A DNA stretch of 64,000 bases from NCBI RefSeq assembly GCF_009914755.1, contig NC_060947.1; one strand, written 5' to 3'. Position numbers and translations under genes: made by a program. Within the stretch, counting starts at the first letter, position 1. Each line of letters opens with the position of its first letter. The stretch comes from the human T2T-CHM13v2.0 reference genome, Homo sapiens. The notes beneath the pieces are model-generated. The model saw nothing but the letters and a program-made list of their open reading frames with translations. It had not been told where the DNA came from and ran no database searches. Shown here in pieces: positions 50,001-62,000 of the stretch.

Positions 50001-53000
50001 CTGTACTACCGTAGGCCTCAAAGCAGTCCAAATCTCCATTTGCAGATTCTACAAAAAGAGTGATTCCAATCTGCTCTATCAATAGGATTGTTCAACTCCA
50101 TGAGTTGAATGCCATCCTCACAAAGTCGTTTCTGAGAATGCTTCTATCTGGTTTTTGTGTGAAGATATTTCCTTTTCCACCACAGGCCTCAAAGCCCTCC
50201 AAACGTCCACTTGCAGATTCTCGAAAAAGAGTGTTTCATAGCTGCTCTTTCAAAAGGAAAGTTCAACTCTGGGAGTTGAATACAAACATCACAAAATAGT
50301 TTCCGAGAATGCTTCTGTTTAGTTTTTATGTGAAGATGATCCCGTTTCCAGTGAAATCTTCAAAGAGGTCCACATATCCCATTGCAGATTCCAAAGAAAG
50401 AGGGTTTCAAAACTGCTCCATCAGAAGGATTGTTCAACTCTGTGAGTTGAATGCAGTCATCGCAGAAAACTTTCTGAGAATGCTTCTGTCTAGGTTTGAT
50501 GTGAAGATATAGACGTTTCAAACGAAGGCTACAAAGTGGTCAAAATATACACTTGCAGATTCTACTACAAGGGTGTTGCAAACCTGAACTATCAAAGGAA
50601 GGTTCAACTCTGTGAGTTGAATACAAACATCACAAAGAATGTTCTGAGTTTGCTTCCGTTCAGTTATGGGAAGTTGATCCCGTTTCCAACGAAATCCTCA
50701 GAGAGGTCCAAATATCCCCTCGCAGATTCTACAAAACGTGTGTTTGGAAACTGCTCCATCATAACGAATGTTCAGCTCCCTGAGTTAAACTCCATCGTCA
50801 CAAAGAATTTTCTGAGAGTGCTACCGTCTGGTTTTTATATGAAGTTCTTTCCTTCACTACCACAGGCCTCAAAGCGGTCCAAATCTCCACTTGCAGATTC
50901 TACAAAAAGAGTGTTTGCAAACTGCTCTATCAAAAGGAATGTTCAACTCTGGGAGTTGAATGCAATCATCACAGAGCAGTTTCTGAGAATGCTTCTATGT
51001 CGTTTTTAGGAGAAGATATTTCCTTTTCCAACACAGTCCTCCAAGCCCGCTAAATAGCCACTTGCACATTGTAGAAAAAGTGTGTCAAAGCTGCGCTATC
51101 AAAGGGAAAGTTCAACTCTGTGAGGTGAATGCAAACATCCCAAAGAAGTTTCTGAGAATGCTTCCGTTTAGCTTTTAGGTGAAGATTATCCCGTTTCCAA
51201 CGAAACCTTCAAAGAGGTCCAAATATCCCCTTGCGGATCCCACAGAAAGAGTGTTTCGAAACTGCTGTTTCAAAAGGAATCTTCAACTCTGTGAGTTGAA
51301 TGCAATCATCACAAAGAAGTTTCTGACAATGCTTCTCTCTCGTCTTTCTGTGAAGATAAAGGAAAAGGCTTTCAGGCCTTTGCCACCACAGGCCTGAAAG
51401 CGCTCCAAATGTCCACTTGCAGATTCTGCCAAAAGAATATTTCAAAACTGCTCTATGAAAAGCAATGTTAAACTCTGTGGCTGGAACACAAACATCACAA
51501 AGCGGTTTCTGAGAATGTTTCAGTTTAGTTTTTCTGTGGAAATATTCCCGTTTCCAAAGAAATCTTCAAAGAGGTCCACGTATCCACTTACAGATTCTAC
51601 AAAAAGACAGTTTCAAAACTGCTCCATCAAAAGGAGGGTTCAACTGTGTGACTTGAATGCAATCATCACTCAGAAGTTTCTGAGAATGCTTCTCTTTAGT
51701 TTTTACGTGAACATATACCCGTTTCGAACGAAGGCCACCCAGTGGTCCAAATATCCACTTGCAGATTATACAGAAAGAGTGTTTCGAACCTGAACTCTCA
51801 AAGGCAGGTTCATCTCTGCGAGTTAAATGCATTCATCATGAAGAACTTTCTCAGAGTGTTTGTGTTTAGTTATGGGAAATTATTCCCGTTTCCAACGAAA
51901 TCCTCAGAGAGCTCCAAATATCCACCTGCAGATTCTACCAAAAGTGTATTTGGAAACTGCTCCATCAAAAGGCATGTTCAGCTCTGTCAGTGAAACTCCA
52001 TCATCACAAAGAATATTCTGAGAATGCTTCCGTTTGCCTTTTATATGAAGTTCCTTCCTGTACTACCGTAGGCCTCAAAGCAGTCCAAATCTCCATTTGC
52101 AGATTCTACAAAAAGAGTGATTCCAATCTGCTGTATCAATAGGATTGTTCAACTCCATGAGTTGAATGCCATCCTCACAAAGTCGTTTCTGAGAATGCTT
52201 CTATCTGGTTTTTGTGTGAAGATATTTCCTTTTCCACCACAGGCCTCAAAGCCCTCCAAACGTCCACTTGCAGATTCTCGAAAAAGAGTGTTTCATAGCT
52301 GCTCTTTCAAAAGGAAAGTTCAACTCTGGGAGTTGAATACAAACATCACAAAATAGTTTCCGAGAATGCTTCTGTTTAGTTTTTATGTGAAGATGATCCC
52401 GTTTCCAGTGAAATCTTCAAAGAGGTCCACATATCCCATTGCAGATTCCAAAGAAAGAGGGTTTCAAAACTGCTCCATCAGAAGGATTGTTCAACTCTGT
52501 GAGTTGAATGCAGTCATCGCAGAAAACTTTCTGAGAATGCTTCTGTCTAGGTTTGATGTGAAGATATAGACGTTTCAAACGAAGGCTACAAAGTGGTCAA
52601 AATATACACTTGCAGATTCTACTACAAGGGTGTTGCAAACCTGAACTATCAAAGGAAGGTTCAACTCTGTGAGTTGAATACAAACATCACAAAGAATGTT
52701 CTGAGTTTGCTTCCGTTCAGTTATGGGAAGTTGATCCCGTTTCCAACGAAATCCTCAGAGAGGTCCAAATATCCCCTCGCAGATTCTACAAAACGTGTGT
52801 TTGGAAACTGCTCCATCATAACGAATGTTCAGCTCCCTGAGTTAAACTCCATCGTCACAAAGAATTTTCTGAGAGTGCTACCGTCTGGTTTTTATATGAA
52901 GTTCTTTCCTTCACTACCACAGGCCTCAAAGCGGTCCAAATCTCCACTTGCAGATTCTACAAAAAGAGTGTTTGCAAACTGCTCTATCAAAAGGAATGTT

Positions 53001-56000
53001 CAACTCTGGGAGTTGAATGCAATCATCACAGAGCAGTTTCTGAGAATGCTTCTATGTCGTTTTTAGGAGAAGATATTTCCTTTTCCAACACAGTCCTCCA
53101 AGCCCGCTAAATAGCCACTTGCACATTGTAGAAAAAGTGTGTCAAAGCTGCGCTATCAAAGGGAAAGTTCAACTCTGTGAGGTGAATGCAAACATCCCAA
53201 AGAAGTTTCTGAGAATGCTTCCGTTTAGCTTTTAGGTGAAGATTATCCCGTTTCCAACGAAACCTTCAAAGAGGTCCAAATATCCCCTTGCGGATCCCAC
53301 AGAAAGAGTGTTTCGAAACTGCTGTTTCAAAAGGAATCTTCAACTCTGTGAGTTGAATGCAATCATCACAAAGAAGTTTCTGACAATGCTTCTCTCTCGT
53401 CTTTCTGTGAAGATAAAGGAAAAGGCTTTCAGGCCTTTTCCACCACAGGCCTGAAAGCGCTCCAAATGTCCACTTGCAGATTCTGCCAAAAGAATATTTC
53501 AAAACTGCTCTATGAAAAGCAATGTTAAACTCTGTGGCTGGAACACAAACATCACAAAGCGGTTTCTGAGAATGTTTCAGTTTAGTTTTTCTGTGGAAAT
53601 ATTCCCGTTTCCAAAGAAATCTTCAAAGAGGTCCACGTATCCACTTACAGATTCTACAAAAAGACAGTTTCAAAACTGCTCCATCAAAAGGAGGGTTCAA
53701 CTGTGTGACTTGAATGCAATCATCACTCAGAAGTTTCTGAGAATGCTTCTCTTTAGTTTTTACGTGAACATATACCCGTTTCGAACGAAGGCCACCCAGT
53801 GGTCCAAATATCCACTTGCAGATTCTACAGAAAGAGTGTTTCGAACCTGAACTCTCAAAGGCAGGTTCATCTCTGCGAGTTAAATGCATTCATCATGAAG
53901 AACTTTCTCAGAGTGTTTGTGTTTAGTTATGGGAAATTATTCCCGTTTCCAACGAAATCCTCAGAGAGCTCCAAATATCCACGTGCAGATTCTACCAAAA
54001 GTGTATTTGGAAACTGCTCCATCAAAAGGCATGTTCAGCTCTGTCAGTGAAACTCCATCATCACAAAGAATATTCTGAGAATGCTTCCGTTTGCCTTTTA
54101 TATGAAGTTCCTTCCTGTACTACCGTAGGCCTCAAAGCAGTCCAAATCTCCATTTGCAGATTCTACAAAAAGAGTGATTCCAATCTGCTCTATCAATAGG
54201 ATTGTTCAACTCCATGAGTTGAATGCCATCCTCACAAAGTCGTTTCTGAGAATGCTTCTATCTGGTTTTTGTGTGAAGATATTTCCTTTTCCACCACAGG
54301 CCTCAAAGCCCTCCAAACGTCCACTTGCAGATTCTCGAAAAAGAGTGTTTCATAGCTGCTCTTTCAAAAGGAAAGTTCAACTCTGGGAGTTGAATACAAA
54401 CATCACAAAATAGTTTCCGAGAATGCTTCTGTTTAGTTTTTATGTGAAGATGATCCCGTTTCCAGTGAAATCTTCAAAGAGGTCCACATATCCCCTTGCA
54501 GATTCCAAAGAAAGAGGGTTTCAAAACTGCTCCATCAGAAGGATTGTTCAACTGTGTGAGTTGAATGCAGTCATCGCAGAAAACTTTCTGAGAATGCTTC
54601 TGTCTAGGTTTGATGTGAAGATATAGACGTTTCAAACGAAGGCTACAAAGTGGTCAAAATATACACTTGCAGATTCTACTACAAGGGTGTTGCAAACCTG
54701 AACTATCAAAGGAAGGTTCAACTCTGTGAATTGAATACAAACATCACAAAGAATGTTCTGAGTTTGCTTCCGTTCAGTTATGGGAAGTTGATCCCGTTTC
54801 CAACGAAATCCTCAGAGAGGTCCAAATATCCCCTCGCAGATTCTACAAAACGTGTGTTTGGAAACTGCTCCATCATAACGAATGTTCAGCTCCCTGAGTT
54901 AAACTCCATCGTCACAAAGAATTTTCTGAGAGTGCTACCGTCTGGTTTTTATATGAAGTTCTTTCCTTCACTACCACAGGCCTCAAAGCGGTCCAAATCT
55001 CCACTTGCAGATTCTACAAAAAGAGTGTTTGCAAACTGCTCTATCAAAAGGAATGTTCAACTCTGGGAGTTGAATGCAATCATCACAGAGCAGTTTCTGA
55101 GAATGCTTCTATGTCGTTTTTAGGAGAAGATATTTCCTTTTCCAACACAGTCCTCCAAGCCCGCTAAATAGCCACTTGCACATTGTAGAAAAAGTGTGTC
55201 AAAGCTGCGCTATCAAAGGGAAAGTTCAACTCTGTGAGGTGAATGCAAACATCCCAAAGAAGTTTCTGAGAATGCTTCCGTTTAGCTTTTAGGTGAAGAT
55301 TATCCCGTTTCCAACGAAACCTTCAAAGAGGTCCAAATATCCCCTTGCGGATCCCACAGAAAGAGTGTTTCGAAACTGCTGTTTCAAAAGGAATCTTCAA
55401 CTCTGTGAGTTGAATGCAATCATCACAAAGAAGTTTCTGACAATGCTTCTCTCTCGTCTTTCTGTGAAGATAAAGGAAAAGGCTTTCAGGCCTTTTCCAC
55501 CACAGGCCTGAAAGCGCTCCAAATGTCCACTTGCAGATTCTGCGAAAAGAATATTTCAAAACTGCTCTATGAAAAGCAATGTTAAACTCTGTGGCTGGAA
55601 CACAAACATCACAAAGCGGTTTCTGAGAATGTTTCAGTTTAGTTTTTCTGTGGAAATATTCCCGTTTCCAAAGAAATCTTCAAAGAGGTCCACGTATCCA
55701 CTTACAGATTCTACAAAAAGACAGTTTCAAAACTGCTCCATCAAAAGGAGGGTTCAACTGTGTGACTTGAATGCAATCATCACTCAGAAGTTTCTGAGAA
55801 TGCTTCTCTTTAGTTTTTACGTGAACATATACCCGTTTCGAACGAAGGCCACCCAGTGGTCCAAATATCCACTTGCAGATTCTACAGAAAGAGTGTTTCG
55901 AACCTGAACTCTCAAAGGCAGGTTCATCTCTGCGAGTTAAATGCATTCATCATGAAGAACTTTCTCAGAGTGTTTGTGTTTAGTTATGGGAAATTATTCC

Positions 56001-59000
56001 CGTTTCCAACGAAATCCTCAGAGTGGTCCAAATATCCACCTGCAGATTCTACCAAAAGTGTATTTGGAAACTGCTCCATCAAAAGGCATGTTCAGCTCTG
56101 TGAGTGAAACTCCATCATCACAAAGAATATTCTGAGAATGCTTCCGTTTGCCTTTTATCTGAAGTTCCTTCCTATACGACCGTAGGCCTCAAAGCAGTCC
56201 AAATCTCCATTTGCAGATTCTACAAAAAGAGTGATTCCAATCTGCTCTATCAATAGGATTGTTCAACTCCATGAGTTGAATGCCATCCTCACAAAGTAGT
56301 TTCTGAGAATGCTTCTATCTAGTTTTTATGTGAAGGTATTTCCTTTTCCACCACAGGCCTCCAAGCCCTCCAAACGTCCACTTGCAGATTCTCGAAAAAG
56401 AGTGTTTCATAGCTGCTCTTTCAAAAGGAAAGTTCAACTCTGGGAGTTGAATACAAACATCACAAAGTAGTTTCCGAGAATGCTTCTGTTTAGTTTTTAT
56501 GTGAAGATGATCCCGTTTCCAGTGAAATCTTCAAAGAGGTCCACATATCCCCTTGCAGATTCCAAAGAAAGAGGGTTTCAAAACTGCTCCATCAGAAGGA
56601 TTGTTCAACTCTGTGAGTTGAATGCAGTCATCGCAGAAAACTTTCTGAGAATGCTTCTGTCTAGGTTTGATGTGAAGATATAGACGTTTCAAACGAAGGC
56701 TACAAAGTGGTCAAAATATACACTTGCAGATTCTACTACAAGGGTGTTGCAAACGTGAACTATCAAAGGAAGGTTCAACTCTGTGAATTGAATACAAACA
56801 TCACAAAGAATGTTCTGAGTTTGCTTCCGTTCAGTTATGGGAAGTTGATCCCGTTTCCAACGAAATCCTCAGAGAGGTCCAAATATCCCCTCGCAGATTC
56901 TACAAAACGTGTGTTTGGAAACTGCTCCATCATAACGAATGTTCAGCTCCCTGAGTTAAACTCCATCGTCACAAAGAATTTTCTGAGAGTGCTACCGTCT
57001 GGTTTTTATATGAAGTTCTTTCCTTCACTACCACAGGCCTCAAAGCGGTCCAAATCTCCACTTGCAGATTCTACAAAAAGAGTGTTTGCAAACTGCTCTA
57101 TCAAAAGGAATGTTCAACTCTGGGAGTTGAATGCAATCATCACAGAGCAGTTTCTGAGAATGCTTCTATGTCGTTTTTAGGAGAAGATATTTCCTTTTCC
57201 AACACAGTCCTCCAAGCCCGCTAAATAGCCACTTGCACATTTTAGAAAAAGTGTGTCAAAGCTGCGCTATCAAAGGGAAAGTTCAACTCTGTGAGGTGAA
57301 TGCAAACATCCCAAAGAAGTTTCTGAGAATGCTTCCGTTTAGCTTTTAGGTGAAGATTATCCCGTTTCCAACGAAACCTTCAAAGAGGTCCAAATATCCC
57401 CTTGCGGATCCCACAGAAAGAGTGTTTCGAAACTGCTGTTTCAAAAGGAATCTTCAACTCTGTGAGTTGAATGCAATCATCACAAAGAAGTTTCTGACAA
57501 TGCTTCTCTCTCGTCTTTCTGTGAAGATAAAGGAAAAGGCTTTCAGGCCTTTTCCACCACAGGCCTGAAAGCGCTCCAAATGTCCACTTGCAGATTCTGC
57601 CAAAAGAATATTTCAAAACTGCTCTATGAAAAGCAATGTTAAACTCTGTGGCTGGAACACAAACATCACAAAGCGGTTTCTGAGAATGTTTCAGTTTAGT
57701 TTTTCTGTGGAAATATTCCCGTTTCCAAAGAAATCTTCAAAGAGGTCCACGTATCCACTTACAGATTCTACAAAAAGACAGTTTCAAAACTGCTCCATCA
57801 AAAGGAGGGTTCAACTGTGTGACTTGAATGCAATCATCACTCAGAAGTTTCTGAGAATGCTTCTCTTTAGTTTTTACGTGAACATATACCCGTTTCGAAC
57901 GAAGGCCACCCAGTGGTCCAAATATCCACTTGCAGATTCTACAGAAAGAGTGTTTCGAACCTGAACTCTCAAAGGCAGGTTCATCTCTGCGAGTTAAATG
58001 CATTCATCATGAAGAACTTTCTCAGAGTGTTTGTGTTTAGTTATGGGAAATTATTCCCGTTTCCAACGAAATCCTCAGAGTGGTCCAAATATCCACCTGC
58101 AGATTCTACCAAAAGTGTATTTGGAAACTGCTCCATCAAAAGGCATGTTCAGCTCTGTGAGTGAAATTCCATCATCACAAAGAATATTCTGAGAATGCTT
58201 CCGTTTGCCTTTTATCTGAAGTTCCTTCCTATACGACCGTAGGCCTCAAAGCAGTCCAAATCTCCATTTGCAGATTCTACAAAAAGAGTGATTCCAATCT
58301 GCTCTATCAATAGGATTGTTCAACTCCATGAGTTGAATGCCATCCTCACAAAGTAGTTTCTGAGAATGCTTCTATCTAGTTTTTATGTGAAGGTATTTCC
58401 TTTTCCACCACAGGCCTCCAAGCCCTCCAAACGTCCACTTGCAGATTCTCGAAAAAGAGTGTTTCATAGCTGCTCTTTCAAAAGGAAAGTTCAACTCTGG
58501 GAGTTGAATACAAACATCACAAAGTAGTTTCCGAGAATGCTTCTGTTTAGTTTTTATGTGAAGATGATCCCGTTTCCAGTGAAATCTTCAAAGAGGTCCA
58601 CATATCCCCTTGCAGATTCCAAAGAAAGAGGGTTTCAAAACTGCTCCATCAGAAGGATTGTTCAACTCTGTGAGTTGAATGCAGTCATCGCAGAAAACTT
58701 TCTGAGAATGCTTCTGTCTAGGTTTGATGTGAAGATATAGACGTTTCAAACGAAGGCTACAAAGTGGTCAAAATATACACTTGCAGATTCTACTACAAGG
58801 GTGTTGCAAACCTGAACTATCAAAGGAAGGTTCAACTCTGTGAATTGAATACAAACATCACAAAGAATGTTCTGAGTTTGCTTCCGTTCAGTTATGGGAA
58901 GTTGATCCCGTTTCCAACGAAATCCTCAGAGAGGTCCAAATATCCCCTCGCAGATTCTACAAAACGTGTGTTTGGAAACTGCTCCATCATAACGAATGTT

Positions 59001-62000
59001 CAGCTCCCTGAGTTAAACTCCATCGTCACAAAGAATTTTCTGAGAGTGCTACCGTCTGGTTTTTATATGAAGTTCTTTCCTTCACTACCACAGGCCTCAA
59101 AGCGGTCCAAATCTCCACTTGCAGATTCTACAAAAAGAGTGTTTGCAAACTGCTCTATCAAAAGGAATGTTCAACTCTGGGAGTTGAATGCAATCATCAC
59201 AGAGCAGTTTCTGAGAATGCTTCTATGTCGTTTTTAGGAGAAGATATTTCCTTTTCCAACACAGTCCTCCAAGCCCGCTAAATAGCCACTTGCACATTGT
59301 AGAAAAAGTGTGTCAAAGCTGCGCTATCAAAGGGAAAGTTCAACTCTGTGAGGTGAATGCAAACATCCCAAAGAAGTTTCTGAGAATGCTTCCGTTTAGC
59401 TTTTAGGTGAAGATTATCCCGTTTCCAACGAAACCTTCAAAGAGGTCCAAATATCCCCTTGCGGATCCCACAGAAAGAGTGTTTCGAAACTGCTGTTTCA
59501 AAAGGAATCTTCAACTCTGTGAGTTGAATGCAATCATCACAAAGAAGTTTCTGACAATGCTTCTCTCTCGTCTTTCTGTGAAGATAAAGGAAAAGGCTTT
59601 CAGGCCTTTTCCACCACAGGCCTGAAAGCGCTCCAAATGTCCACTTGCAGATTCTGCGAAAAGAATATTTCAAAACTGCTCTATGAAAAGCAATGTTAAA
59701 CTCTGTGGCTGGAACACAAACATCACAAAGCGGTTTCTGAGAATGTTTCAGTTTAGTTTTTCTGTGGAAATATTCCCGTTTCCAAAGAAATCTTCAAAGA
59801 GGTCCACGTATCCACTTACAGATTCTACAAAAAGACAGTTTCAAAACTGCTCCATCAAAAGGAGGGTTCAACTGTGTGACTTGAATGCAATCATCACTCA
59901 GAAGTTTCTGAGAATGCTTCTCTTTAGTTTTTACGTGAACATATACCCGTTTCGAACGAAGGCCACCCAGTGGTCCAAATATCCACTTGCAGATTATACA
60001 GAAAGAGTGTTTCGAACCTGAACTCTCAAAGGCAGGTTCATCTCTGCGAGTTAAATGCATTCATCATGAAGAACTTTCTCAGAGTGTTTGTGTTTAGTTA
60101 TGGGAAATTATTCCCGTTTCCAACGAAATCCTCAGAGAGCTCCAAATATCCACCTGCAGATTCTACCAAAAGTGTATTTGGAAACTGCTCCATCAAAAGG
60201 CATGTTCAGCTCTGTCAGTGAAACTCCATCATCACAAAGAATATTCTGAGAATGCTTCCGTTTGCCTTTTATATGAAGTTCCTTCCTGTACTACCGTAGG
60301 CCTCAAAGCAGTCCAAATCTCCATTTGCAGATTCTACAAAAAGAGTGATTCCAATCTGCTGTATCAATAGGATTGTTCAACTCCATGAGTTGAATGCCAT
60401 CCTCACAAAGTCGTTTCTGAGAATGCTTCTATCTGGTTTTTGTGTGAAGATATTTCCTTTTCCACCACAGGCCTCAAAGCCCTCCAAACGTCCACTTGCA
60501 GATTCTCGAAAAAGAGTGTTTTATAGCTGCTCTTTCAAAAGGAAAGTTCAACTCTGGGAGTTGAATACAAACATCACAAAGTAGTTTCCGAGAATGCTTC
60601 TGTTTAGTTTTTATGTGAAGATGATCCCGTTTCCAGTGAAATCTTCAAAGAGGTCCACATATCCCCTTGCAGATTCCAAAGAAAGAGGGTTTCAAAACTG
60701 CTCCATCAGAAGGATTGTTCAACTCTGTGAGTTGAATGCAGTCATCGCAGAAAACTTTCTGAGAATGCTTCTGTCTAGGTTTGATGTGAAGATATAGATG
60801 TTTCAAACGAAGGCTACAAAGTGGTCAAAATATACACTTGCAGATTCTACTACAAGGGTGTTGCAAACCTGAACTATCAAAGGAAGGTTCAACTCTGTGA
60901 GTTGAATACAAACATCACAAAGAATGTTCTGAGTTTGCTTCCGTTCAGTTATGGGAAGTTGATCCCGTTTCCAACGAAATCCTCAGAGAGGTCCAAATAT
61001 CCCCTTGCAGATTCTACAAAACGTGTGTTTGGAATCTGCTCCATCGTAACGAATGTTCAGCTCCCTGAGTTAAACTCCATCGTCACAAAGAATTTTCTGA
61101 GAGTGCTACCGTCTGGTTTTTATATGAAGTTCTTTCCTTCACTACCACAGGCCTCAAAGCGGTCCAAATCTCCACTTGCAGATTCTACAAAAAGAGTGTT
61201 TGCAAACTGCTCTATCAAAAGGAATGTTCAACTCTGGGAGTTGAATGCAATCATCACAGAGCAGTTTCTGAGAATGCTTCTATGTCGTTTTTAGGAGAAG
61301 ATATTTCCTTTTCCAACACAGTCCTCCAAGCCCGCTAAATAGCCACTTGCACATTGTAGAAAAAGTGTGTCAAAGCTGCGCTATCAAAGGGAAAGTTCAA
61401 CTCTGTGAGGTGAATGCAAACATCCCAAAGAAGTTTCTGAGAATGCTTCCGTTTAGCTTTTAGGTGAAGATTATCCCGTTTCCAACGAAACCTTCAAAGA
61501 GGTCCAAATATCCCCTTGCGGATCCCACAGAAAGAGTGTTTCGAAACTGCTGTTTCAAAAGGAATCTTCAACTCTGTGAGTTGAATGCAATCATCACAAA
61601 GAAGTTTCTGACAATGCTTCTCTCTCGTCTTTCTGTGAAGATAAAGGAAAAGGCTTTCAGGCCTTTTCCACCACAGGCCTGAAAGCGCTCCAAATGTCCA
61701 CTTGCAGATTCTGCCAAAAGAATATTTCAAAACTGCTCTATGAAAAGCAATGTTAAACTCTGTGGCTGGAACACAAACATCACAAAGCGGTTTCTGAGAA
61801 TGTTTCAGTTTAGTTTTTCTGTGGAAATATTCCCGTTTCCAAAGAAATCTTCAAAGAGGTCCACGTATCCACTTACAGATTCTACAAAAAGACAGTTTCA
61901 AAACTGCTCCATCAAAAGGAGGGTTCAACTGTGTGACTTGAATGCAATCATCACTCAGAAGTTTCTGAGAATGCTTCTCTTTAGTTTTTACGTGAACATA

